Shown here: positions 8,500 through 15,481 of the stretch, piece after piece
Position numbering within the stretch: the stretch's first letter is position 1
Layout: every line of letters starts with the position of its first letter
From: Candidatus Heimdallarchaeota archaeon
GTDB taxonomy: Archaea > Asgardarchaeota > Heimdallarchaeia > Heimdallarchaeales > Heimdallarchaeaceae
Length of the DNA stretch: 15,481 nt
Assembly: GCA_019057375.1 (NCBI GenBank)
Contig: DXJF01000070.1
Coordinates: forward strand, 1 to 15,481
Direction: 5' to 3'
Notes under the pieces: model-generated
The model's input: the letters and a program-made list of their open reading frames with translations, nothing else
What the model was told of the DNA's origin: nothing
The model's database searches: none
Position numbers and translations under genes: made by a program

Positions 8500-9726
8500 T
8501 TAAAACCTCATTTTTTTTCTTCTATTTAGATGTAGTAAGATTACCAACAAGAAAATCATTGTTACTAGATAATATAATTTTGTAGTAGAAGTTCTTTCTA
8601 GATTTTCATTCAGGGGATAAAGGTCATTGTTTTCTGCTTTTCCATTGATATGATATGTACTATTTTGATCCAAATCAGACCAGTAATTGCCTTCTTTTGT
8701 TTTAGTATCATACCAGTAGTTATCTCTTCCTGAATCGCAAGCTTGTGATGTTCCTTCTATATGATTATGAATGAAGTAGTTGTGATGAACAGTATTGAAT
8801 CTCGAGTTAACATCTAATGCAACCCCATATTCAGTATTGTTTCTAATTAGATTGTAGGTAAACTTACTTCTGTGCGTATCCCAAGATCTAATTCCACACC
8901 ATCCATTGAATTCAATTATATTGTTTGTAATTTCTGAATCAACTATACCATATATCATTATTCCATCTCTTTCATTGAATCCAATTGTATTGTTATCTAT
9001 CACTACTTCAGCACCGCCTGTATCCAATCCTTCGATATTGTTAGTAATGATATTATTTTTTATGATAGTATTTCTTCCTCCAACCATTAAACCCCAGAAA
9101 TTGAAAGAACATAAGTTGTTAGTAAAAGTGTTATTTTCACCCCCCCCAAAAATTCCACTATCACTTTGATTCAAACAGATATTATTATCAACTAACGTAT
9201 TATTGGTATATTCCAAATAAATACCAAAATCGCCATATTCATCCAAATGACTAACAGACTCATATAAACAGAGATTATTTGTTATTGAAGCACCATTAGT
9301 TCTTCTTAAATCTAAACCTCTACTAGATAATTGGTGTGAATAAATTGTATTGAAACTATTATTGGTTATAGTTACAGTATAATCTGCCACATCACGAACA
9401 AAGATACATGTCCATAAGGCTTTAATTGAACAGTTTCTAATAACAAAGTGTTTTGTAGTATCCTCAACATGTATTCCTACACCATAATCAAATGAGTCAA
9501 TTACATAGTTTTCAATTAAATATGGATCTAAAGCTGTTCCTGAACCTGAAAAACTATAGTTAATGAAATCTTGATCACTTGCAATATTAATAAACACTCC
9601 TGATTCAGAAATTTCCATATCACCATAAAGAAAATTAGAATTTGCTGATTCAACAGGAAAAATGAATGAAAAGAGCAAAATAAAAGAAAGGCTAATTACT
9701 GTAAATTTCTTCAAACTCCCCATCAT
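8500..9726 (-). CDS. Cell-surface right-handed parallel beta-helix protein (NosD/CASH-like repeats), C-terminally anchored
   Basis: Signal peptide; FSGSGTALDPYLIENY cap; Asn-rich I-x-NN-x repeats; GNYWSD...DLYPL end motif; C-terminal TM followed by RRKKMRF. Confidence 0.9.
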   Translation of the reverse strand: MMGSLKKFTVISLSFILLFSFIFPVESANSNFLYGDMEISESGVFINIASDQDFINYSFSGSGTALDPYLIENYVIDSFDYGVGIHVEDTTKHFVIRNCSIKALWTCIFVRDVADYTVTITNNSFNTIYSHQLSSRGLDLRRTNGASITNNLCLYESVSHLDEYGDFGIYLEYTNNTLVDNNICLNQSDSGIFGGGENNTFTNNLCSFNFWGLMVGGRNTIIKNNIITNNIEGLDTGGAEVVIDNNTIGFNERDGIMIYGIVDSEITNNIIEFNGWCGIRSWDTHRSKFTYNLIRNNTEYGVALDVNSRFNTVHHNYFIHNHIEGTSQACDSGRDNYWYDTKTKEGNYWSDLDQNSTYHINGKAENNDLYPLNENLERTSTTKLYYLVTMIFLLVILLHLNRRKKMRF

Positions 9727-9757
9727 GCTCTTTCAACTAGACAATAATCCTTGAAGA

Positions 9758-9765
9758 CTTATAAG
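9758..9765 (-). promoter_or_regulatory. Archaeal TATA box (CTTATAAG) for the beta-helix gene
   Basis: 31 nt upstream of ATG 9726, preceded by an A-rich BRE-like tract. Confidence 0.55.
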
Positions 9766-9774
9766 ATTTTTGGG

Positions 9775-9810
9775 AAAATAAAAAAACAAAATTAAAAGGA
9801 AAGAAAAAGT
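9775..9810 (-). terminator. Oligo-T terminator after the recombinase gene
   Basis: Minus strand reads ACTTTTTCTTTCCTTTTAATTTTGTTTTTTTATTTT immediately after TAA. Confidence 0.6.
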
Positions 9811-9813
9811 AGG

Positions 9814-10563
9814 TTAGCTATAGAAGTCGTCTTCATCGCTGACTTCTACATCTCCTTCTTTTATTATTGGTTCAACTTGATAAACGACTCTCCCCTTCCA
9901 GAAGTATTCACCAGTTCGATAAATAGGATTTTTTCTTAAATAGGCTAAAGTACTTCGTGGAATGTCATATTTATTGCTAATAGTAGACATAGTGACATTG
10001 TCTTCAAACATCTGGAAAATCTCAACCAATTTAGGTCGCATTTCTTCGTCAATTAACAGCTTACCATTTTCTATCTTGTAACCTATAGGAGGACGAGACA
10101 TTATTTTTTCATCTTGTATCCTTCTTTTGATTCCATACATTCTTTTCTGTCTGTATTTCTTTAGCTCCTCCTCTCCTAAAAGATCGTATATTCTTGTGAC
10201 AAGCATTTCATCAGATTCTTCAGTTGCTCGAATCTCTACTCCTTTGCTTCGTAAGAGCACAGAAGCATATCCTAACATATCTACTTCTCTAGAAATCCTG
10301 TCACGTGTTTGTACCCAGACTTCTTTGATTGGATCTTCAGGTCTCTGCGTATTATGAATTTGGATAAATTCTAACATCTTCTTAAAACCAGGTCTTTCTT
10401 GAACATGACTGTCCCCAGAAACATCTTCATCAACGAATGTTTCAAGAACGTGTCTATATCCAACAGTGTTGATTTTCTTATCTATTACATCGTACTGTGT
10501 GTCTCTGCCAGATTCTTGATCTGCAGTACTAACCCTTACATAAGTAACTACATTAACATGCAT
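9814..10563 (-). CDS. Serine recombinase (resolvase catalytic domain plus compact recombinase DNA-binding domain)
   Basis: Y8-V-R-V-S12 catalytic motif, VSGD, RPGF and DRISR; then SRPPIGY, EIFQMF, KNPIY-x-G and EPII, as in the PF07508 recombinase domain. Confidence 0.92.
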   Translation of the reverse strand: MHVNVVTYVRVSTADQESGRDTQYDVIDKKINTVGYRHVLETFVDEDVSGDSHVQERPGFKKMLEFIQIHNTQRPEDPIKEVWVQTRDRISREVDMLGYASVLLRSKGVEIRATEESDEMLVTRIYDLLGEEELKKYRQKRMYGIKRRIQDEKIMSRPPIGYKIENGKLLIDEEMRPKLVEIFQMFEDNVTMSTISNKYDIPRSTLAYLRKNPIYRTGEYFWKGRVVYQVEPIIKEGDVEVSDEDDFYS

Positions 10564-10586
10564 AGTTTCTAAAAAGGTGGGTTCTT

Positions 10587-10594
10587 CTTATAAC
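10587..10594 (-). promoter_or_regulatory. Archaeal TATA box (GTTATAAG) for the recombinase gene
   Basis: 23 nt upstream of ATG 10563. Confidence 0.6.
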
Positions 10595-10785
10595 ATGATA
10601 TTATCGACAAGATATCTGGAGATTGCATATTTTTGTAGAAAAAAAATTCCTTCCGATTTTACGCTTTTAAGCGATGTTATTTCTGTAAGAAGTTTATTTT
10701 TGAGTCTATTACAAAAATAGCTTTGCATACAAACCAAAAGTGTAACTGTAAAAACCATTAAAAAGAATTTATCTTGTTTCTTCTT

Positions 10786-11580
10786 ATGAAAATAGTTATA
10801 ACAGGTAGCTCAAGGGGTATAGGGTTTGCATTGGCTAAAAGATTTGCTGAATATGGAGATCAGATAATTATATCTTCAAGAAAACAAGAAGCTGTTGATA
10901 TTGCTGTAAATAATATAAAGAGTTTCAATCTTGAAACTGAGGTTCATGGAACTGTCTGTGATGTTACCAAAATTGAGGATGTTAAATCGCTTGTACAATT
11001 TAGTGATGAAAAGATATCTGGAATTGATGTTTGGATTAACAATGCTGGAATAAATGGATCCTTTTATGGTAAACTAACTGATTGGAAAAATGAAGTAATT
11101 GAACAGGTTATACAAACTAATTTAGTTGGAACATTAAATGGTTGTGCGGCAGCTATAGAATACATGATAAAACAAGGACACGGGAAAGTTTTCAATTTAG
11201 CTGGTATGGGATCGAACGGCATGGCTTCACCTAATTTAGCTGTATATGGAGCTACAAAAGCATCTATACCTCAACTAACAAAGTCATTATCACAGGAACT
11301 TAAAGATACCAATGTCATTATCAACCATATGAGCCCAGGAATAGTTATTACTGATTTAATATCAACAAATGTTCCTAAAGAAGCGGTTTCGATTTTCAAT
11401 ATTTTAGCTGAAAAGCCTGATAAGGTTGCGAAGTACTTGGCTAGAAAAATGAGGAAAATCAACAAAAGTAACAAAAACATAAATTTCGCAAATTCAGTTA
11501 AAGTCTTTTGGAAATTTATGACTGCAAGTTTTAGAAAAAACAGATTCTTTGATCAAGAAGGGAATTTAATAGAAGAGTAG
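10786..11580 (+). CDS. Short-chain dehydrogenase/reductase, NOL/NYC1-like subfamily
   Basis: TGSSRGIG, NNAG and YGATK motifs, plus subfamily-like segments GMGSNG-x3-P-x2-AVYG, SPG-x-V-x-TDL, FNIL-x-E-x-P and RKNRFFDQEG. ATG 10786 is preferred to TTG 10774 (TATA-like CATTAAAAAG at 10756-10765). Confidence 0.9.
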   Translation: MKIVITGSSRGIGFALAKRFAEYGDQIIISSRKQEAVDIAVNNIKSFNLETEVHGTVCDVTKIEDVKSLVQFSDEKISGIDVWINNAGINGSFYGKLTDWKNEVIEQVIQTNLVGTLNGCAAAIEYMIKQGHGKVFNLAGMGSNGMASPNLAVYGATKASIPQLTKSLSQELKDTNVIINHMSPGIVITDLISTNVPKEAVSIFNILAEKPDKVAKYLARKMRKINKSNKNINFANSVKVFWKFMTASFRKNRFFDQEGNLIEE

Positions 11581-11603
11581 TAATACAGTTTTAACTTACT
11601 TTT

Positions 11604-13238
11604 TCACTTTTTTGTAAAAATAGATTTTAACTTCTTGAAGAATCTAATAATTACATTTTTTATAATTCTATATGAGTTAATTATACTTTGTTTGACATAT
11701 TTAAAGAAATCCTTGAAATCTTGCTTCAATTGCTTGTAGCTTGTTTTTTTGCCTATTTCCTTATAATATCCTCCTGGAATAAGAAGAGAAATAAACATTG
11801 TTAAGAGTAGCAGAAAGAATGGATGTAAAAATCGAATTTTTATCATAATAATCCAACTATAATAATATAATCCAAGTGTAAAAATCAGTATACTAAGAAT
11901 TTCCAACAAGTTTATTCCTACATTTCCAAATTTTCTCGAATTGCTATTTTCTTCCTTTGTTAGGATATCTTTGTTTTTTCTATTTCTGATATAATCTCTT
12001 AATTTTTCGATTAATGTATTCAATAAGACTATTGCTGAGAGTATAAAGAATGGTGTAAAGAATGCGTCATAATATTTGAATAAACCTCGTGAAATAAAAG
12101 TATGAGTAATCATGATTACCCAAGTAATATAAATAGTAAACATCTTATCATCATTGGCTAGTTTCTTTCCATTAAAATGACCTATAAAAAGTGAAAAACC
12201 ATAGAACAGAATAAATGGTATCATTGGTATGTTAATCCACACATAAAATTGTGCTAAACCTTCTGCTTCTCCATATAAAATAGAATGTGCAAGTGTTGTA
12301 CCATGCGCATTTCCTGCAGGGTCCAAAGTTGCATACCAGAGAGGTCTTCCAGCTGCAAGTATTCTTCCTATGTATAGGATAGGAGTTATGAATATCCACG
12401 GTATAGAGAAGAGAAGAGTAGATAATAAGAACGGTCGTAGAAATTTTTTAACAGCTGTTCTCAGATCATGTTCTTTCCATATCATTGAGAATATTGGGAT
12501 GATCAAAAATAACGACATTTGTTTGGTTAACCAAGCTAAAGTAAGAGAATATGCCGATAACTTATATTTCTTCTTCATAACTAACAGAAACCCAATTAAT
12601 GTGAAAAATGTCATCTGTGGTATATTTAGATAATAAGTGTCAACATAAAATAAATTGAAGGGCATGAAAATAAAAGCAAATGCACCTATTAATCCAAGCA
12701 CATGTTTGTAGATCTTTCTTTCCTTCGTAAAACTAAAATTTACAATTATAAGATAAACCATAATTGCTGATAAAGAATCGAAATTGATCGCTGTCCATTT
12801 AACTGATTCCTCCATCAAAATAGTTGAAGTCATACTTGGGTTGAATAACTGCACCAAGAGAGATGTAAAATACAAACCATAGATAAAAATAGGTCCATAT
12901 ACATAAAAATCAAGCCTGTCTGTATATCTTTTATATGGGTTCCATCCACCACGGAAAGCATCTAAATAGGCTTCATAGTAGTAATCCGCATCATTATAGT
13001 TTTCAAAATACCAATAAACTGTTCCATTTATTGGTTCACTCAAGGTATGAGTAAAAGCTGAACCAATATTACTAATTATCCATCCAGACAGCTCTAACTT
13101 TACAAGAATTGCTGAAACTAAGATAAGAATTGAGATAATAACTGTAACTATCAAGTTTGAAGTTATTTTGTTTTTCAAACCCCCTAGATAGGAATTTGCT
13201 TTCTTCTCTTTCTCTCTTAAATCAACCATGAATTTCAT
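11604..13238 (-). CDS. GT-C superfamily membrane glycosyltransferase (GT87/DUF2029-like)
   Basis: First external loop ND-x-DYYY...GWNPY...YVYGP, AWLTKQ motif and many TM helices. Start is uncertain (13259, 13238 or 13229); the minus-strand TATA GTTTAAAA at 13259-13266 favours 13238. Confidence 0.75.
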   Translation of the reverse strand: MKFMVDLREKEKKANSYLGGLKNKITSNLIVTVIISILILVSAILVKLELSGWIISNIGSAFTHTLSEPINGTVYWYFENYNDADYYYEAYLDAFRGGWNPYKRYTDRLDFYVYGPIFIYGLYFTSLLVQLFNPSMTSTILMEESVKWTAINFDSLSAIMVYLIIVNFSFTKERKIYKHVLGLIGAFAFIFMPFNLFYVDTYYLNIPQMTFFTLIGFLLVMKKKYKLSAYSLTLAWLTKQMSLFLIIPIFSMIWKEHDLRTAVKKFLRPFLLSTLLFSIPWIFITPILYIGRILAAGRPLWYATLDPAGNAHGTTLAHSILYGEAEGLAQFYVWINIPMIPFILFYGFSLFIGHFNGKKLANDDKMFTIYITWVIMITHTFISRGLFKYYDAFFTPFFILSAIVLLNTLIEKLRDYIRNRKNKDILTKEENSNSRKFGNVGINLLEILSILIFTLGLYYYSWIIMIKIRFLHPFFLLLLTMFISLLIPGGYYKEIGKKTSYKQLKQDFKDFFKYVKQSIINSYRIIKNVIIRFFKKLKSIFTKK

Positions 13239-13352
13239 TCTAAAAGACTGATGAACCATTTTAAACTTATTGAAGAATAGATGAACAATAATGGTAATTT
13301 TTGAAACTTCAACTCTTGAGAAAAACTTGACTACATTTTGAAAGAAGTCAAA

Positions 13353-13361
13353 TTTTATAAG
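13353..13361 (+). promoter_or_regulatory. Archaeal TATA box (TTTTATAAG) for the PAS gene
   Basis: 24 nt upstream of ATG 13386; identical 9-mer to the S8 promoter box. Confidence 0.65.
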
Positions 13362-13385
13362 CTCATTTAGTGATTCTGTACAAAT

Positions 13386-14276
13386 ATGACATCTAAGGGT
13401 TCAAACCAGGATGTTTCTAAAACTTCTGGAAAAGGGGATTATCTGTGGGTTCTTGATCAACTCCCCTTTGGTGTTTCAGTACAGACAATAGAACGAAAGA
13501 TATTATATGAAAATGAAACGGTAATAGATTTGGTGGGTTCCTACACTCAAAGACATTGCTTTAATAGATGGCATTATTTAGAAGGGGAAGGTAATGAACC
13601 TTGCTCAGATTGCCCAGCAACAATAGGATTTAAGGATAAAAAATCACACAAAGTCTTTCGTAAAACAAAAGATAGTAAGGGAGAAGATTTATTTCTTGAG
13701 ATTCAGTTTATTCCTGTTTTTAATAAAGAAAATGAAATTGATAAATTCATTGAAATAATTAGAGATGTTACTTTGATAGATAAGGCAAAAGTTCTAGCAT
13801 GCACTCCTGTTAAAGAAATCACAAAATCCGTTCAAAGTTCTATAGTTAAATTTGGGGATTTAGGTGGAGAGATTATCTCTACAGATAATCTTGATTTTGC
13901 TAAGAGTGAAAACTTAGAAGAAATCATAGTAAAACTAACAGTGTACATCTTTAGCGGGGTAATTCAGGGATTTGAAGAACAAGTTGGGTTGTTTGGACCC
14001 TTTCCTGTTTTAGATAAAACTGATTATCTTATGGAAACATATCTTTTCAGAATAAGAGATATTAATTCTAATGATCCTAGATTGAAAGGAATGCAACCAT
14101 GTATGATTTTAATCTTCTTCCCAAGAGAACACTATTTCATTTTTGAGAAAAGAAAAGCAATTGAAGATTTCATGAATAAAAAGATTAAGGAATGGGGTCA
14201 TTTACTAGCAATAAATGAGCAATCTCACGAGGAATTTTCTGAAGAATTAAAACAATTTCTTGAGCTTCAAATTTAG
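13386..14276 (+). CDS. PAS-domain protein (C-x14-C-x2-C-P motif) with a predicted C-terminal longin/uDENN-like domain
   Basis: PAS hallmarks LDQLPFGVSV...ILYEN and LEIQFIPVFNKENEIDKFIEIIRDVT. The C-terminal ~150 aa has a hydrophobic pattern consistent with beta-beta-alpha-beta-beta-beta-alpha-alpha (inference). Confidence 0.8.
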   Translation: MTSKGSNQDVSKTSGKGDYLWVLDQLPFGVSVQTIERKILYENETVIDLVGSYTQRHCFNRWHYLEGEGNEPCSDCPATIGFKDKKSHKVFRKTKDSKGEDLFLEIQFIPVFNKENEIDKFIEIIRDVTLIDKAKVLACTPVKEITKSVQSSIVKFGDLGGEIISTDNLDFAKSENLEEIIVKLTVYIFSGVIQGFEEQVGLFGPFPVLDKTDYLMETYLFRIRDINSNDPRLKGMQPCMILIFFPREHYFIFEKRKAIEDFMNKKIKEWGHLLAINEQSHEEFSEELKQFLELQI

Positions 14277-14314
14277 TTGAAGCACTTACTATTATAATAT
14301 TTGTTAATAAATTT

Positions 14315-14335
14315 GAAAAATAAAGAAAGAGAGAA
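14315..14335 (-). terminator. Pyrimidine/T tract terminator after ssb
   Basis: Minus strand reads TTCTCTCTTTCTTTATTTTTC downstream of the stop. Confidence 0.45.
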
Positions 14336-14351
14336 TTGTGTAGTTACTTTA

Positions 14352-14783
14352 TCAGTATTCTCTTCTACTATCGTATCTTCTGTTTCCACCTTGTGGTCTA
14401 TCCCATCTTCGTGGAATATCATGTTCTTCAGCAGATACATTATTTGTTTCCTCTACAGTTTCAATTTTTTCTTCTGAATCTTCAATAGTACCTTGTCTAC
14501 CCAAGGATAATCGGATATTTTTTTGGAAAAGAATGGTTTTTGCAGATCGAAACTGGTATGTTTCTTCATTTTTGATTGTCTCAATTTGTTCATTCCAAGC
14601 AGAAAAATAAACAACACCTGAGTCATCTCCAATGAGAACATCCATAACTTGATGTTCTTCACCAGAATTTCTACTGGTTACTTCACGAACTTCACCTAAT
14701 TCTATTACTCTTGCGACAAGATTTATATCTCTGATATTTGGAGATAATTCGCTTATTTTTATGAATTTGATTTCTTCACTCAA
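14352..14783 (-). CDS. ssb: Single OB-fold single-stranded DNA-binding protein, crenarchaeal SSB type
   Basis: ISELSPNIRDINLVARV, IGDDSGVVYFSAW and LSLGRQGTI match the Sulfolobus-type SSB pattern, followed by an acidic then Arg/Gly-rich tail. TTG start with SD-like GAAGTGA 6 nt upstream (14790-14796). Confidence 0.9.
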   Translation of the reverse strand: MSEEIKFIKISELSPNIRDINLVARVIELGEVREVTSRNSGEEHQVMDVLIGDDSGVVYFSAWNEQIETIKNEETYQFRSAKTILFQKNIRLSLGRQGTIEDSEEKIETVEETNNVSAEEHDIPRRWDRPQGGNRRYDSRREY

Positions 14784-14930
14784 TTTTTTTCACTTCAAAC
14801 TTGTTGTTATTGATTGCACAAAAATCTGTTTCGAATATTAACAAGCGGTCAGCCAAAGCGAGCTTGAAAATAGATATTTTGAGATTTTTTTGCTGGAATA
14901 CATCCGATTTCTTCAACTATAAAAATAGTA

Positions 14931-14940
14931 TGTTCGAACA
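14931..14940. promoter_or_regulatory. Perfect 10-bp palindrome TGTTCGAACA, possible operator
   Basis: Lies between divergent ssb and the LLM gene; the 13-mer TATGTTCGAACAG is repeated exactly at 15061-15073. Confidence 0.35.
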
Positions 14941-15045
14941 GAATTTATCGTTTCCTTTTAGTAGGTTCTTAAAATAAATGAAGCATATTTCCTAAGAAAT
15001 CACAACACAAGTAAGTGTTAAATATTCTTATTATTAGGAATATTC

Positions 15046-15481
15046 ATGAAGTTTGGTTACTATGTTCGAACAGTTCATTCGTATCCTGAGATAAGGGATT
15101 TAACTATTCGAGCAGAAGAATTTGGTTTTGAATCTGCTCATGTTAACGACCATTTAATTGGTTTTGATGAAAAGCAAGAGAAAAAAGAATCTTATTTAGA
15201 AGCTCTAATGTTAATGAGCTCTTTAGCAATTGAAACTAAGAAAATAAAATTGGGTCATATTGTTCTTTGTAATTCCTTCCGAAATCCAGCATATCTAGCT
15301 AAGATGGTTAGTACTCTAGATCATATTTCAGATGGAAGAGCTCTTCTATGGTTAGGGGCTGGTTGGTATGAAGAAGAATACAAAGCATATGGATATCCCT
15401 TTCCAAATGGAAAACAAAGAGTTGATGAGTTGGAAGAATCCTTAGCTATCTATAAAAAATTGTTCACTGAAGATTCTACAA
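15046..15481 (+). CDS. LLM-class (luciferase-like, probably F420-dependent) oxidoreductase, runs off the right edge; absent from the ORF track
   Basis: Manual translation MKFGYYVRTVHSYPEIRDL...AEEFGFESAHVNDHL...FRNPAYLAKMVSTLDHISDGR...LGAGWYEEEY, which carries the standard LLM motifs. TATA GTTAAATA at 15017-15024. Confidence 0.93.
   Translation, partial: MKFGYYVRTVHSYPEIRDLTIRAEEFGFESAHVNDHLIGFDEKQEKKESYLEALMLMSSLAIETKKIKLGHIVLCNSFRNPAYLAKMVSTLDHISDGRALLWLGAGWYEEEYKAYGYPFPNGKQRVDELEESLAIYKKLFTEDST

Noticed and set aside
8500-9726. NosD as a nitrous oxide reductase maturation gene
   Set aside because: No nosZ/F/Y/L nearby; NosD-like beta-helix repeats are generic in archaeal surface proteins.
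9814-10563. IS607 or Tn3-family transposon
   Set aside because: No N-terminal MerR-type HTH as in IS607 TnpA, no tnpB or transposase neighbour, and no terminal inverted repeats found.
13327-13351. TTGACT-N13-AGTCAA inverted repeat next to the PAS gene TATA box
   Set aside because: Single 6-bp arms with no second instance; too weak without comparative data.
836-14276. Stop-codon readthrough (pyrrolysine/selenocysteine), since several genes end in TAG or TGA
   Set aside because: The proteins appear complete at these stops, no gene is interrupted by an internal stop, and no pyl/sel genes are present.
571-14662. Short ORF-track entries 571..774, 782..973, 1521..1820, 2946..3218, 3571..3771, 4137..4424, 8906..9169, 10127..10357, 12370..12633 and 14453..14662
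   Set aside because: They lie antisense to, or in an alternate frame of, longer well-supported genes and have no recognisable motifs; they are shadow ORFs.
14842-14866. GC-richer hairpin CAAGC-N15-GCTTG upstream of ssb as a possible ncRNA
   Set aside because: Only a 5-bp stem, with no tRNA, C/D-box or other recognisable RNA features.
1-15481. CRISPR array, tRNA or rRNA genes
   Set aside because: No regularly spaced repeats and no cloverleaf or rRNA-like GC-rich segment in any intergenic region.

Overview
AT-rich archaeal chromosomal segment, most likely from an Asgard (Heimdallarchaeia-like) genome. The archaeal call rests on TATA boxes about 20-25 nt upstream of most start codons, T-tract terminators and a crenarchaeal-type SSB; the Asgard assignment is inference from gene content (PlsY, a longin-like domain). 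It holds 13 complete CDSs plus two edge-truncated CDSs missing from the ORF track (1..767 minus, unknown; 15046..15481 plus, LLM oxidoreductase). The genes are mostly unlinked: ClbS/DfsB-DinB protein, class I/II aminotransferase, membrane-anchored S8 protease, PlsY, Eis-like GNAT, two unknown proteins, a surface beta-helix protein, a compact serine recombinase, a NOL/NYC1-like SDR, a GT-C glycosyltransferase, a PAS fusion protein and SSB. Three things stand out. (1) An orphan, synonymously diverged second copy of the last 21 codons of the 145-aa gene lies 1775 bp downstream and brackets a membrane/zinc-ribbon gene; this resembles an insertion into a gene 3' end with tail replacement. (2) A stand-alone 249-aa serine recombinase nearby has a large-serine-recombinase-type DNA-binding domain but no zinc ribbon or coiled coil. 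(3) A Cys-motif PAS domain is fused to a predicted longin/uDENN-like domain. No tRNA, rRNA, CRISPR array or IS element was seen.
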